The translations under genes were made by a program, and so were the position numbers. Shown here piece after piece: positions 40,493-51,982 of a stretch of DNA of 64,000 nucleotides (its first letter is position 1; each line of letters starts with the position of its first letter). Source of the stretch: an uncultured delta proteobacterium (lineage in GTDB: Bacteria > Desulfobacterota > Syntrophorhabdia > Syntrophorhabdales > WCHB1-27); assembly GCA_963810935.1 (NCBI GenBank), contig CAWEPK010000012.1:192001-256000 (forward strand), in the 5' to 3' direction. Under the pieces are notes generated by a model. It was not told the origin of the DNA. It worked only from the letters and a program-made list of their open reading frames with translations, and ran no database searches.

Positions 40493-41686
40493 TTAAGCCT
40501 CATCCTCGAAGCCTACCCAGTAGACGTGCTGTTTGACTTTCTTGTCCTTCACCGTCTGCTTCAGGATCTTTGCCATGTAGTAGAAGTCTTCGAGTAGGAT
40601 CACGTCGCCGCCCAACCCCGCCATAAACGACGTTACGAGCGGTCTCTTGTCGAGGTCGTACAGGGAGGCCCTTACCTCGTGGATAAGGTTGCCGCCCCTC
40701 ATGGCGCCGCCGTAAGACGTGCTCGTCTCTACGCAGGCTACCGCCTTGACGTGGGCCAGCGTTTCCGCAATCTGCTTCGTCGGCCACGGCCGTACCCAGC
40801 GGGGCCTGACCATGCCGGCTTTGAGCCCCTGCGCCCTCAGGTGTCGCACCGCGTTCTTGCACGTGTTCGCGTGGGCGCCCTGGATAAAGAAGGCGATCTC
40901 AGCGTCATCGATCATATATTTTTCGAGCCACGGGTCCATCTTGCGCTTGAAGATCGCGTTGTAATCGGCCACGGCCTTCTCGATCACGGGGGGCAGGTCG
41001 AAGAACGTCGCCGCCCGCTGTGCGTCCATGGGTGCGCCCTGGTCGGGCCTTATCTGCGGGCCGTGCGAGACGGGGCAGACCGGGCTCAATGGATGGGGCG
41101 CGGCATAAGGCGGAAGGAACTCCCTCACCTGTGCAATGTCGGGCAGCACCACCTTGTCCGGTATGTGGGAGAGGAAGTAGCCGTCCTGGCATACGAACTG
41201 GGGCAGCATGATCTTCGGGTCTTCGCCCACCCTGAAGTTGATAAGGGTGTTGTCGAAGACTTCCTGCGGCGTTGACGCCCAGCCCATGAGCCATCCCTGG
41301 TCCCTGGCGGACATCGCGTCCGTGTGCTCCGAGCCGAAGTCGCCGGGCGGGTCGAGTGTCCTGTCGGCTATCGCCATCTGCAGGGGATAACGGCCGCCCG
41401 CAGCCGGGCTGTAAACCTCGAACGCGTATGTGACGCCGACGCCGGAGCTGCCCGTGTATGCGCGGGCGCCGCAGGCGGACGCGCCAAGCACCACCGAGAC
41501 CTGCGCGTGCTCGCCTTCGCCGTGCAGGAACTCGGCGTCTATCTCGCCGTTGGCGACCATCTTCGAAAGCTCCATCATGATCGCGGTATAAGGCCGGATC
41601 GGGAAGGAGCAGATAACCTCTACTTCCGCAAATTTAGCCCCTTGTGCAGCCGCTGCGCAGCCGCTGAGCATTTTTTCTTGGGCCAT
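40493..41686 (-). CDS. oorA: Oxalate oxidoreductase alpha subunit
   Basis: PIRPYT (Arg in place of the PFOR Thr), HGEGEHAQ, DRTLDPPGDFG, as in recalled Moorella OOR alpha. Confidence 0.82.
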   Translation of the reverse strand: MAQEKMLSGCAAAAQGAKFAEVEVICSFPIRPYTAIMMELSKMVANGEIDAEFLHGEGEHAQVSVVLGASACGARAYTGSSGVGVTYAFEVYSPAAGGRYPLQMAIADRTLDPPGDFGSEHTDAMSARDQGWLMGWASTPQEVFDNTLINFRVGEDPKIMLPQFVCQDGYFLSHIPDKVVLPDIAQVREFLPPYAAPHPLSPVCPVSHGPQIRPDQGAPMDAQRAATFFDLPPVIEKAVADYNAIFKRKMDPWLEKYMIDDAEIAFFIQGAHANTCKNAVRHLRAQGLKAGMVRPRWVRPWPTKQIAETLAHVKAVACVETSTSYGGAMRGGNLIHEVRASLYDLDKRPLVTSFMAGLGGDVILLEDFYYMAKILKQTVKDKKVKQHVYWVGFEDEA

Positions 41687-41697
41687 AATATTCCTCC

Positions 41698-42027
41698 TTA
41701 AAAGGGTTTTTCCAGGCGCACCACCCCATCTGGGAAATCGAGCTCGGGGGCGGCTGACAGGGCGTCCGACGGGCATTCATGTATGCATATCCGGCAACCT
41801 TTACAGAACTTCCAGTTCCATTCCATCCTGTCCTTCTTCTCGTTGAAGGACCAGCAGGCATCCGGGCACGCCGCGTAGCACGTAAGGCATCGCGTGCATT
41901 TCTTGTTGTCCAGGATGGGCCGGACGGCACGCCAGTTGGACGTCATGAACAGGTCCTGCTCCTTTACCGGAGCCGGCGTGATCGCCCCGAAGGGGACTTC
42001 TCTATCCTTGGGTACCTTTATAGCCAT
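41698..42027 (-). CDS. OOR ferredoxin (delta) subunit, 2x4Fe-4S
   Basis: TSNWRAVRP, CTRCLTCYAACP, CKGCRICIHECP. Confidence 0.85.
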   Translation of the reverse strand: MAIKVPKDREVPFGAITPAPVKEQDLFMTSNWRAVRPILDNKKCTRCLTCYAACPDACWSFNEKKDRMEWNWKFCKGCRICIHECPSDALSAAPELDFPDGVVRLEKPF

Positions 42028-42053
42028 GTGTCTCTCCTTTTCTTTAAGAATAG

Positions 42054-42166
42054 ATGACCCTGCTGCAGGCAGCAGGGTATCCAGGGCACGAGCGAAAGCA
42101 AGTCTTTGAGGGGGAGGCTCCATGCGGCTTTGCCGCTGGAGGGGGCGACGCTAGCCCCAATAATTG
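42054..42166 (+). repeat. Family A element, copy 8 (long subtype), inside the oor operon
   Basis: Closely similar to 13913-14020 including the ACCCTGCTG/CAGCAGGGT 5' hairpin. Confidence 0.88.
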
Positions 42167-42193
42167 AAGGCTCCATGCCTGAGCGTCCCATCA

Positions 42194-42832
42194 TCAGCCG
42201 CCCCACGAGTAGAGCGACCTTTCTTTGCGGAACTTCTGGAGCTTCACCTCGTTGTAGCCGCGGTTCATAGCCGCCACGTCGCTGACGATCTTGGCCAGGC
42301 TCTCCTTCTTCACCATGCCCGTCACGCGCGCCATTGCACCGAGTAGGGGGGCCGCGATGCCTGCGCCCATGCCCGACGTATCCACGCCGCCTTCCGTCCC
42401 CGAAAAGTCGATCGTGCGGATCCCGGATATACCGTCCGCGTCGACCGTCGCTATCGCGCCCAGCACGTCCAGGTTCGGGATGAACTGGAGCATGTAATCG
42501 ATGGGCCGGGCGGTATTGATGATGAGGAGCCCTCCCTGCGGCATACCCTTAAGCACGTTGATGCCTTTCACGATGGTCGGCTCTACGATGACGACCACAT
42601 CGGGATTGGCGTTCATGTAAAGGTACTTCATCTCGATTTCCTCGTCGCTGATCCGCGCGTACTTCCTGGTCGTAACCATCACGCGGTCGGGGAGGTCCTC
42701 GTAGTTGTCGAAGGACTGCACGAACTTGCCTTCGGCCTCCGCTGCCTGGGCGAAGGCGTTGGCGACGTCGCGGGCTTCCTTGTCCATCACCACACCCCTT
42801 GTCCAGACCGTTATCTCGGTCACTTTAGCCAT
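42194..42832 (-). CDS. OOR gamma-type subunit
   Basis: ITVWTRGVVMDKEARD, NYEDLPDR, GAGIAAP. Confidence 0.82.
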   Translation of the reverse strand: MAKVTEITVWTRGVVMDKEARDVANAFAQAAEAEGKFVQSFDNYEDLPDRVMVTTRKYARISDEEIEMKYLYMNANPDVVVIVEPTIVKGINVLKGMPQGGLLIINTARPIDYMLQFIPNLDVLGAIATVDADGISGIRTIDFSGTEGGVDTSGMGAGIAAPLLGAMARVTGMVKKESLAKIVSDVAAMNRGYNEVKLQKFRKERSLYSWGG

Positions 42833-43601
42833 ACCTCTTACCTCCTTTGATAAGGTTGTCGGAAACTCCGGATCGCACCGACTTCACGTTGTTCGCTTTC
42901 TTATTTCCGCTTGCCTCCCTTGCCTTCTTGAACAGGACGTCTTGCACGCCCGACAAGTGCCGGCGCATCGCCTGCCCCGCCGCCTCCTGGCTGCCTTCCT
43001 GTATCGCCGCCAGGACCTGCCTGTGCCCCTGCAAAGATTTCTGTCTCCGCTCTTCCGTCTGCGAATACCTCTCGCCGGCCTCCGCCAGGATACCTAAAAG
43101 CGCGAAGAGGAGCCTCTCCATGACCCTGTTGCGCGACATCTTGGCCAGCACCCGGTGGAACCTGGTGTTGGACATGTTGCTCCCTTTCGCCAGCTCCCTC
43201 TCCTGAGCCTCGACGATGCGCAGCAGGTCCGCGACCTGCTCCGGCCTCGCGTTCTTTGCCGCAAGCCGCGCGATCTCGGGCTCGATGATCTCGCGCACCG
43301 CAAAGACGTCGAGCAGGCTGTCTTTTTCCTGCACCAGGACGGCGGCGAGCGGCCCGACAAGCGCCTCTTCGCTCGACGCGATAACGTAGGTGCCGTTTCC
43401 CTGTCGCCTGTCCACAAGGTTCATCGTCTCCAGGGAAAGGATGGCCTCCCGGACGGTAAGCCTCGACACCTTGAACGTCTCGGAAAGCTCCTTCTCCACG
43501 GGCAACTGGTCGCCTTGCCTCAACCTGCCTTTCTCGATGAGCTTCCGTATCTGGTCTACGATGTCCTCGTAGGCACGCCTCTTCCTTACGGCCTTCAACA
43601 T
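42825..43601 (-). CDS. GntR/FadR-family regulator
   Basis: GDQLPVEKELSETFKVSRLTVREA wHTH plus FCD domain. Confidence 0.92.
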   Translation of the reverse strand: MLKAVRKRRAYEDIVDQIRKLIEKGRLRQGDQLPVEKELSETFKVSRLTVREAILSLETMNLVDRRQGNGTYVIASSEEALVGPLAAVLVQEKDSLLDVFAVREIIEPEIARLAAKNARPEQVADLLRIVEAQERELAKGSNMSNTRFHRVLAKMSRNRVMERLLFALLGILAEAGERYSQTEERRQKSLQGHRQVLAAIQEGSQEAAGQAMRRHLSGVQDVLFKKAREASGNKKANNVKSVRSGVSDNLIKGGKRYG

Positions 43602-45758
43602 GACCTGCCTCCCCCGAATTGACGGCCGTTGCCGGACTTCTTTGCAGCCGCTCTCTTTATAGCCTCTTCAAAAATCTCCTGCGTGATAAGCACCTCTTCC
43701 GGCCCTTTGGGGTCGCAGCCGTCGCCGATGCATGCAGTTATCGCCATCATGGCTGCGCTCCTGCACGCCGCCGCTATATCGGAGCCGGAGAGCCCATCCG
43801 TGAGCCCGGCCAGGTAAGCGGGGTCGACCCCCCGGCCTACGGGCCTGCCTCTCGTGTGGACGCGGAAGATATCCGCCCGGTCCGCCTCCGGCGGCATGGG
43901 GAACTCGAGGATGTAGTCTAGCCTGCCGGAGCCTGTAAGCCCCGGATCGAGCAAGTCGGGCCTGTTCGTTGCGCCGATGACGATCACCTGGGACAGACTC
44001 GCTTAAGTTATCGAGCTCGGTGAAAAGCTGGCTCGCCATGCGCTCCGCCACCGCCTCCCCCTCGGAGGAGACCGTGCGCGTCATTGCAAGGCTGTCTATA
44101 TCATCGAAAAAGAGTATGCATGGGGCCGACTGTTTCGCTTTCTTGAATATCTGGTGGAGGCCCTTCTCCGACTCGCCGAGCCACTTGGAGAAAAGCATGG
44201 AAACGCTGATGGAGATGAAATTGAGGCCCGTCTCGCCCGCGAGGGCCTTGGCCGTGAGCGTCTTGCCCGTACCCGTTGGCCCGGTAAAGAGTATGCCCCT
44301 CGGGGGCATCACCCGCGCGGAGGTGAAAAGCCCGGGATACTTGACCGGCCAGTCGATTATGGCTGCGAGCGCTTTCTTTATCTCCTTCAGGCCGCCTATG
44401 TCCTGCCAGGTGACATTTGAGCGCTCCGTCGATATCTCCCTGGTGGCGGTTGGCTCGACTGCCCTTAACCCTTTCAGGAAATCGTCCATGGTGATACGCA
44501 TTCCGTCGGCCGCCAGCTTCGCATCTACGGCGCCCCTTCCGTTTTCGAGCGACAGGTAACGGCGCACGGCCACCATGCCCGCCTCCTTGCAGAGTGCCTC
44601 GACGTCGGCGCCGACGAAGGCGTGGGTGATCGCTGCAAGGCGGCCCAGGTCAACGTCTTGCGCCAGCGGCATCCTCCGGCTGTGGATGCGCAGGATAGCC
44701 AGGCGGCCCTCTACGTTGGGGACGGGGATGACCACTTCGCGGTCGAAGCGGCCGGGCCTGCGAAGCGCGGGGTCGATAGTCTCCGGTATGTTCGTCGCGC
44801 CGATGACGACTACCTGCCCCCTGCGGACCATGCCGTCCATCAGGGCGAGCAACTGGGCCACTACCCGTTTTTCGACGTCCCCGAGCACTTCCGCCCGCTT
44901 CGGCGCTATGGCGTCGATCTCGTCGATAAAGACGACGCTAGGCGCGTTCTGCGCGGCCTCTTCGAAGATCTCCCGCAGCCTGGCCTCGCTCTCGCCGTAA
45001 AATTTGTGGATGATCTCCGGCCCGTTGATCCTTATGAAGTGCAGCCCGCTCTCCCCCGCGATGGCGCGGGCGATAAGGGTCTTGCCCGTGCCGGGCGGGC
45101 CGTAGAGAAGGACGCCTTTGGGGGCCTCGACACCCAGCTTTTCGAAGACGTCCCCGTACCTCAAGGGCAGCTCGACCAGCTCCCTGACCAGGCGCAGCTC
45201 CTTCTCCAGCCCGCCGATGTCGTCGTAAGTGACGCGCGTGGCCGCATCGGGCGCGAAGTCCACCTTCTTCAGCACGAACCTGGTCTTCTGGTTTATGATG
45301 ACGCCGCCGGCCGGGGATGTGCCTTCCACTGTGAAGAGGCGCGGCTTCCCCCCGAGGAGCGGTATGTTGACCTTGTCTCCGGTTATGGCTGCTACGCCCT
45401 GGAGGAGAAGGGCGAAATGGTGCAGGTCCTGCTCTTCGGGCAGGCCGGTCGAAGGATCGACGGGGGTAATAACGACGGTCTCCGCCGTTCTCCTGCGGAC
45501 CTTGTGGACGGTGACGCTGCTTCCCAGGTGGACGCCGGCGTTCTCGCGCGTAAGGCCGTCTATGCCGATCGTCTTCGCGCCGGAAGGCGGGAGCGTACCT
45601 GCTACGCGGGTGACGGTAGTGCGGGCGCCTGCGATCTCGACCACGTCGCCCAGGACTGCGCCGAGCAGCTTCATGTCGCCTGCCGTGAGGCGGGCTATCC
45701 CTTTTGCCACGTCGTCGGCTATCGCTTCCACTACCTTGAACTTCGCGCTGGGCTCCAT
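43595..45758 (-). CDS. Cdc48/VCP-like double AAA+ ATPase, frameshift near 43990
   Basis: CDC48 N-domain, YDDIGGL, GPPGTGKT, DEIDA, RRPGRFDRE, second GPTGTGKT domain. Confidence 0.9.
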
Positions 45759-45791
45759 AATCTTCTTATCAGGAAAGGACTTACCCCTCAA

Positions 45792-45839
45792 ACATCAGAT
45801 GATATGTTTATCTTACGTTAACGATTTTACCATTGTCAA
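45792..45839 (-). promoter_or_regulatory. Sigma70 promoter and FadR/LutR-type operator of the cdc48-fadR-oor operon
   Basis: TTGACA-N18-TAAGAT followed by palindrome TCATC-T-GATGT (45792-45802). Confidence 0.65.
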
Positions 45840-45941
45840 TAAAAAGTTTAAAGGGGGATAAGGGGGTGGTCGGAAAGTGGGGGCGGAAAGAGATAAATGG
45901 CATGAGATTGAGCGAACGGTATGCTGAAAACACTTTACCCG

Positions 45942-46592
45942 CTAAAAGAAGTACTCCTGTTTGACCTCTGCTCCATCGGTCATGACGACGAAGTCTCCTC
46001 CGTCGTAAGGGCCCGACACCAGCTTTTCGAAATACCCGAGACCGCCCTCTATCTCCCGGTATTCCTTCCCGAAGGCCGCACAGTTCTCCCGCGTCCGGCG
46101 CCTGAGGGCCTCGACGTCACCGACGCCGTTGTTTATGAGGGCGATGTGCTTGTAATGATTCAGCTCCTCTTCCATCACCCAAAGGGCAGTCTCGATCCCG
46201 TGCTTCGGCGCGTAATCGTCATGGACGATGCCGAGGGGATCCTTCTTTGCTGCGACCCATCCGGGCGTAAGGTAGTAGGTGCCGGGAGCGGAAGCAAAGG
46301 CCTCCCGGTACGCCTCCATTGAGCCGAGAAAAAGACCTATACAGTCGTGACATTTCGGGATTACCAGATCGCCCCGGCTAAAGCGTATTCCTTTTATGCC
46401 GCCCGAGCAGAGACCGTATCCGATGACGATGCGGTCAGCAGCACCGGCCCGGTCGATCCGCTCCTGAATCAGGCCGGCCATCTTTTGGGGGGTCCTGTGA
46501 AGTCCCTGGTCGAGGAAGCTCAAAGTGACGGGGCGGCCCGCCGCTACCTTCTCCAGCTCGCTCCTCATGACCTCGCAGGCAATTACAATCAT
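45942..46592 (-). CDS. DUF1638 domain protein
   Basis: IACEVM, LDQGLH, GYGLCSGG, HDCIGLFLGS, YYLTPGW. Confidence 0.85.
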   Translation of the reverse strand: MIVIACEVMRSELEKVAAGRPVTLSFLDQGLHRTPQKMAGLIQERIDRAGAADRIVIGYGLCSGGIKGIRFSRGDLVIPKCHDCIGLFLGSMEAYREAFASAPGTYYLTPGWVAAKKDPLGIVHDDYAPKHGIETALWVMEEELNHYKHIALINNGVGDVEALRRRTRENCAAFGKEYREIEGGLGYFEKLVSGPYDGGDFVVMTDGAEVKQEYFF

Positions 46593-46677
46593 CCGGTTAT
46601 CTTGCGGGGCCCGGGCTGCGCCTTTGCCGCCGGATGGCGGCGTTGCCGCCCAGCCCGGGCCCCCCCAACTTTGTTAT

Positions 46678-48054
46678 CTATCCGCTCACCTCTTCGAGGA
46701 CGCGCCCCTTGGTCTCAGGACCCAGCAAGAGCACGTTGAGCGCTGCAATGGCAAAAGAGATCGCGCCCAGCGTGAAAACCGCCTCGACCCCATAGGAGCT
46801 GATGACAATGGGAACGACGGACGGGCCGATCAGCGCGCCCACCCTGCCCCAGCCGGAGGCCGTGCCGCAGCCGGTCGCGCGCGCCCTCGTCGGGAAAAGC
46901 TCGGGAGAGTATACGTAAAGGACCGACCACATGCCGAAGAAGAAAAACTGCATGAAGGCCCCCGCAACGACGAGCTGCGATTGCGATACGGCATGACCGT
47001 AGAAATAAGCGGCGACGCCGCTCAGTGTTACGTAGCCGACAACAGCCGCCTTCCGTCCCAGCTTTTCAACGAGATACGCGGCAGAGAAGAAGCCGGGTAC
47101 TCCGAAGAGGGTCATGAACAGGACGAACTGGATCGATTTCGTTACGGCGAAGCCCTTGTCAACGAGCAGCTTGCCCATCCACGTGGTTATGCCGTAGTAG
47201 CCGAGCAGGGCGAAGAACCACAGGACCCAAACCATGATCGTCCGTCTCTTGTATTTATCGGTAAAGAGCTCCCACAATGAGAAACCCCCCGTCGCCGTCT
47301 CGTCGGCAACGCCTTGAAGGGTCGGCTCAGGCAGAGGCTTACCGTATGCATTCTCGACCTTGCCCTCGACGAAGCGCATCGTAGTCTCGGCCTCTTCCAT
47401 CCTACCCCTCGCTTCGTACCAGCGGGGAGGCTCGGGGACCTTGCGGCGGATCACCAGGACGTAGATGGCCGGAATGCCCGTGGCCAGAAAGACCACACGC
47501 CAGCCCGCCGTGGAGACCAGAAGGAGGGAGACGATGCCGGCGAGGATGAAGCCGAGGGGAAAAAAGCCTTCCAAAAGAGCTATGTACTTGCCTCGCTCCT
47601 TAGCGGGTATGAACTCGGAGAGCATCGCTTGAGCTACCGGGAACTCCGCTCCCATGCCGAACCCGAGGATAAAACGCATAACGAGCATGAACCCGTACGT
47701 AGGGGCGATCGCGCAAAGGAAGGCCGCGATACCCCACATAATCATGCTGTATTGAAAAACGGCCTTGCGCCCTATACGGTCGGCCACCATCCCTGCGATG
47801 GATGCGCCCAGGGCCATGCCGGCCAGGCTCGCGCTGCCCATGAAGCCCGTTTGCGCCGGAGACAGCGAAAAAGTCTTGCTGATGGGCGCGAGGATGAATG
47901 TCATCATCCCCAGGTCCATGGAGTCGAACAGCCAGGCCGTCGCGATGATGAAAAAGATCGAGCGTTGATAGCGCGTCATAGGAAGGCGCTCCATTCTCCG
48001 AGGCAGGTTCAGCGCATTTCTATTCGCTGCAACGTCACTTTTATTCACAGTCAT
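46678..48054 (-). CDS. MFS transporter
   Basis: ADRIGRK, GAEFPVA, YSPELFPTRARATG. Confidence 0.9.
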   Translation of the reverse strand: MTVNKSDVAANRNALNLPRRMERLPMTRYQRSIFFIIATAWLFDSMDLGMMTFILAPISKTFSLSPAQTGFMGSASLAGMALGASIAGMVADRIGRKAVFQYSMIMWGIAAFLCAIAPTYGFMLVMRFILGFGMGAEFPVAQAMLSEFIPAKERGKYIALLEGFFPLGFILAGIVSLLLVSTAGWRVVFLATGIPAIYVLVIRRKVPEPPRWYEARGRMEEAETTMRFVEGKVENAYGKPLPEPTLQGVADETATGGFSLWELFTDKYKRRTIMVWVLWFFALLGYYGITTWMGKLLVDKGFAVTKSIQFVLFMTLFGVPGFFSAAYLVEKLGRKAAVVGYVTLSGVAAYFYGHAVSQSQLVVAGAFMQFFFFGMWSVLYVYSPELFPTRARATGCGTASGWGRVGALIGPSVVPIVISSYGVEAVFTLGAISFAIAALNVLLLGPETKGRVLEEVSG

Positions 48055-48072
48055 ATCCGTTCTCCTTTAGCA

Positions 48073-49179
48073 TTACGCAAGCGGGAGCTTGCCGTGCTTC
48101 TCTATGACGTTGACGACCCTGCTCACCCGGTTGATATCAGCCTGGACGGGCAGGTTGTCGCCCATGCCGATGATGAAGCGCGTACCCGGCCTCATCTCCT
48201 CGATAAGCGCCTTCACGTAGCTGTCGAACTCGCTGTCGCTTACGGACGGCTCGAAGAGGATCGACGGTATCCCTCCCCAGATCGTCACGTTTTCCCCCAG
48301 GGCCTTGAAATCGGTCATGGTGCACTTCGTCTGCGGCGCCGGCGTGACGGCCTCCCCGATGTCAAGCATCGTCTCGGCATAAAGAGGGATGAGCCTCTTC
48401 ATCTCGCCGTCGATATGGGCCATGGAAAACTTGCCTACCCTGTGGACCTTCTCGTTGCACTCCCTGAACCACGGCGTGAAGTACTGTTTGAAGACTGGCG
48501 TGTGGATATCGTCGCTCCAGTTGGCGCACAGGTTTATGATCTCGTTGTCCGAAGCGAGACAGATATCGAGCTTCTTCCTTTCGAGGTTGTACATCGCCTC
48601 CATGAGGGCGTCGACCTCTTCGGGGTTGTCCATGTACTCCTCGTAGAACAGCTCGTATCCCATGATCTCGCGCATAACCCTCTGCGACGCACCCCACAGG
48701 CCCGTACCCGTCATCACGATGCCCCGCTCGCCCATATCTGCGTACTCTTTGGCGAACTCCTCATTGAAGACGGGGACCGTGTGGTCAAGGATGTATTTGA
48801 TCACCGGATAATCCTTCTTGCTCTTGAACAGCTTCTCATGCTCGTAGGCGAGCCACGGGCCCTCGTTGACCGACCAGATGAGCTTGATCGAGCAGGTGCC
48901 TATGGGGGTAATGTACTCGGTTACCTCATAGGGCGGCTCCTGCCTCTTCACTACTTCCATGTCGCGGTACTCCTCCCTGCAGATGGAGAAGAACCTCTTC
49001 TGCGCGGCTGCGCCTTGATCGGCTATGATGTCCGTCGATGACCATCCCTTGTATTTTTCGGGCAGGGAGTTATGGGCGAGATGGTAGTTATACCAGACGT
49101 CGATGCGCGCGCCGAAAGGTATCTTGTCCACCTGCTTGCCTGCCACTACGTCGAGTATTCTTTGTTTTTGGGTAAGCAT
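48073..49179 (-). CDS. UroD/MtaA-CmuA-family methyltransferase-like protein
   Basis: HIDG, EAVTPAP, IWGGIP, FIIGMGD; downstream of corrinoid protein. Confidence 0.75.
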   Translation of the reverse strand: MLTQKQRILDVVAGKQVDKIPFGARIDVWYNYHLAHNSLPEKYKGWSSTDIIADQGAAAQKRFFSICREEYRDMEVVKRQEPPYEVTEYITPIGTCSIKLIWSVNEGPWLAYEHEKLFKSKKDYPVIKYILDHTVPVFNEEFAKEYADMGERGIVMTGTGLWGASQRVMREIMGYELFYEEYMDNPEEVDALMEAMYNLERKKLDICLASDNEIINLCANWSDDIHTPVFKQYFTPWFRECNEKVHRVGKFSMAHIDGEMKRLIPLYAETMLDIGEAVTPAPQTKCTMTDFKALGENVTIWGGIPSILFEPSVSDSEFDSYVKALIEEMRPGTRFIIGMGDNLPVQADINRVSRVVNVIEKHGKLPLA

Positions 49180-49206
49180 ATTGAAAAAACCTCCTCCCCC
49201 GGTTTC

Positions 49207-49839
49207 TTAGCCTTCCAAGAGGCCCTTACAGACCTTTATGGCTTGTCCGCCGTCGGCCGCGTATGCGTCGGCCCCCATCCGCAGGGCAAACTCCTCCGTC
49301 ACCGGGGCGCCCCCTGCCACTACTTTAACCTTGGAGCGCAGGCCCTTGCTCTCCAGCGCCTTAATGACCGCGCCGATTTCGTGCATGGTCGTCGTGAGCA
49401 GTGTTGAAAGCCCGAGTATCTGCGGCTTCTCCTTCTCGACGACCTCGCAGAACTTTTCATCGGACACGTCCGTTCCGATGTCGATTACCTCAAAACCAAC
49501 GCCTTTCAGAAAGTTGACAACGATGTTCTTCCCTATGTCGTGCATGTCGTTCTTTACCGTGCCGATGACGATCTTCCCCAGGCTGGCAGCCTCGCTTCCT
49601 TTCATCGCCGATTTCAGGACCTCGAAGGCAAAGTTCATGCACCTTGCCGACTTCATCATGTCGGGCAGAAAATACTCTCCTGTAGTATATTTCTCGCCGA
49701 CTACCTCCATCCCCGCCTGGAGCCGCTGGATGACATCAGCCGCCTTCGCCCCGGAATCGAGGACCTCCTGGGTCATTGCGGCTATCTCTTTCCAGTCGCC
49801 CCTGATAACTTTGTCGACTAGCTCCTCAAGCTGCGCCAT
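49207..49839 (-). CDS. Corrinoid (B12-binding) methyl-carrier protein
   Basis: GEYFLPD cap, DMHDIGKNIV (DxHxxG), GLSTLLTTT, GGAPVT, GADAY. Confidence 0.92.
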   Translation of the reverse strand: MAQLEELVDKVIRGDWKEIAAMTQEVLDSGAKAADVIQRLQAGMEVVGEKYTTGEYFLPDMMKSARCMNFAFEVLKSAMKGSEAASLGKIVIGTVKNDMHDIGKNIVVNFLKGVGFEVIDIGTDVSDEKFCEVVEKEKPQILGLSTLLTTTMHEIGAVIKALESKGLRSKVKVVAGGAPVTEEFALRMGADAYAADGGQAIKVCKGLLEG

Positions 49840-49886
49840 TACCTAACCTCCCTGTTTTGAACATGACAATGCGATTTAACGATAAA

Positions 49887-49902
49887 AGCAATAACTGTGC
49901 CG
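49887..49902 (-). promoter_or_regulatory. Sigma54 -24/-12 promoter
   Basis: CGGCACAGTTATTGCT (GG-N10-GC). Confidence 0.78.
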
Positions 49903-50125
49903 CATAGCTGCCATCCCGGCGCTCAGGCCGGTGGCTTACGACGGACCTTCTCTTTTCGGGCCAAAACAGGGCAAAGCCGGGACGACACGCGTCCGCGATC
50001 AAAAAGCGGGCGACCTTTTTCGGCCGTTTTTTGGCGCTTGGGTCGTTGAATGTGATTCGAAGCGTAATCGCCCGAAAGAAGGCAGGGCAACACTGTCGGC
50101 GGCGGCAACGCCTTTTTCCGCTCCT

Positions 50126-51982
50126 TTACGTATTAACGGACGTGATTCTTTCGTGAATCGCCTCTCCGCTGTCGATGGGGCTCGCTGTCCGGATGCCGTA
50201 CTTCCGCATTTTCTTGACTACCGTTGACTGGCTGATGGCCAGCAACACCGCGGTCTTCCTCGTGCTCCCCGTCTGGCGGTATGCGTCCAGGAGCGCCTGC
50301 CTTTCTTCACGCTCGTACAACTCCCTCAGTGAGGAGAGCGACGGGCAGCCATTTAACTTAAAGCCGAGGCCGTGAAGGGCCTCCATGCCCACGCAGTCGC
50401 CCCTGCACGTGACGACGGCGCGTTCTATAGTGTTCTCCAACTGACGGACGTTGCCCGGCCAGTCATGGTTGCAAAGGCAGGCGATTGCCTCGGGGTGTAT
50501 CCATTTCCGGTACCCGTGCTGCGAGTTGAACCTCTGGAGGAACTCGTTGATGAGGGGGCCTATATCGCCTTTGCGCTCCCGAAGCGGTGGAAGGACGATC
50601 GGAATCACGTTCAGGCGGTAATAGAGGTCCTGCCGGAAGGTCTTCTCCCGGACCATCGTTTCTATGTCCTTATTGGTCGCGGCGATGATCCGGACGTCCA
50701 GGTCTATCACCTTGGTCCCGCCTATCCTCGTGATCCGCTTGTTCTGGACCGCGCTCAATATCTTCACCTGGAGGTCGAGGGGAAGCTCGCCCACCTCGTC
50801 AAGGAACAGCGTCCCGCCCTCGGCAAGCTCGAAACGGCCGGGCTTGCCTGCCTTGAGCGCGCCAGTGAAGGCGCCGGGCTCGTAGCCGAAGAACTCGGAC
50901 TCGAGGAGACTCCCCGGCACGGCGGCGCAGTTGATTTCGACGAAGGGCTTCAGCGCGCGCTTGCTCGCCCTATGGATGAGCCTGGCGAAGAGGTCCTTGC
51001 CCACGCCCGATTCGCCGAGGATCAGCACGCTCGAATCGACCTGCGCGATGTGGACGGCCAGCTCGACCCTCTGCTTCATGGCAGGGTCGTTCGTGATAAT
51101 TCTCCTGTCCGTCCTGACCTGTTGGCGCAGCTTCTCCAGCTCTTTATAGTAGCTCTTCCTGGCGGCCTCGCTTTCCTCGAGCCTCTCCTTCAGGTCGTTC
51201 AACTGCGTGGTGTCCCTGGTGGATGTCACGACGCGTATTATGTCGCCGTTTTCGTTGTACACGGGGTTGGCGGTCAGGAGCAGCTCCTTGCCGTTTCGCA
51301 CGTCAACCGTCGAGTAGGGCGCCTTCCTCTGGACCACGATATCGGAGAGCGACTTGCCGATGTATCCTTCCCTGATAAGCTCGTGGACGTGCTTGCCGCT
51401 GTATTCCTCGTCCGCTATGCCCACCATCGTTTTGTAAGCCTGGTTTACCCTGAGCACTATGCCCTTCTCGTCCACGATGACGAGTCCGTCGTCGACGGAC
51501 TCGAAGATGCCGTCAAGCTCGCGGTTCAGGGCCTTGACGCTCTCGATTTCCTGGGACAATTTCTCGATCTCCGATATGTCCTGGAAGACGCCGACGGCCC
51601 CGACAATCATGCCGCCCTGCTTTATGACCATCCTGTTGGAAAAAACCGTGTGGCCGTTGATGACCATGCGCCGGCTCGTCTCCGACGCGCCCTTCTTAAT
51701 GGCGTCCAGAAGGCCCGTGTTCGGGATGAGCTTGTCGACCCGCTTTCCAACGGCGTGGGCCTCGTCCGTCCCTATGGTCCTGGCTGCCGTCTTGTTAAGG
51801 AAAACGACCACCCCCTTAACGTCGACCGCGATGAGGCCGTTCCGGGAGAAATCGATTATACCCAGCCATTCTTCGGTCTCAAGGCCGAACCGGCCCTGCC
51901 ACTTCCTCCGGATTGCGGCCTCTTCCGGCCCCCAGCACGATCCATGCATATGTGAACCCCTTTTCCTTTCGCGGATTGTCAT
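50126..51982 (-). CDS. PAS-PAS sigma54 enhancer-binding protein
   Basis: [38 protein letters not shown], Fis HTH. Confidence 0.92.
   Translation of the reverse strand: MTIRERKRGSHMHGSCWGPEEAAIRRKWQGRFGLETEEWLGIIDFSRNGLIAVDVKGVVVFLNKTAARTIGTDEAHAVGKRVDKLIPNTGLLDAIKKGASETSRRMVINGHTVFSNRMVIKQGGMIVGAVGVFQDISEIEKLSQEIESVKALNRELDGIFESVDDGLVIVDEKGIVLRVNQAYKTMVGIADEEYSGKHVHELIREGYIGKSLSDIVVQRKAPYSTVDVRNGKELLLTANPVYNENGDIIRVVTSTRDTTQLNDLKERLEESEAARKSYYKELEKLRQQVRTDRRIITNDPAMKQRVELAVHIAQVDSSVLILGESGVGKDLFARLIHRASKRALKPFVEINCAAVPGSLLESEFFGYEPGAFTGALKAGKPGRFELAEGGTLFLDEVGELPLDLQVKILSAVQNKRITRIGGTKVIDLDVRIIAATNKDIETMVREKTFRQDLYYRLNVIPIVLPPLRERKGDIGPLINEFLQRFNSQHGYRKWIHPEAIACLCNHDWPGNVRQLENTIERAVVTCRGDCVGMEALHGLGFKLNGCPSLSSLRELYEREERQALLDAYRQTGSTRKTAVLLAISQSTVVKKMRKYGIRTASPIDSGEAIHERITSVNT

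Noticed and set aside
47314..51955. Long plus-strand ORFs (575 aa, 527 aa) and similar ones at 12721, 30579, 44622 and 59046
   Set aside because: Antisense shadows of well-supported genes in GC-rich DNA; no motifs
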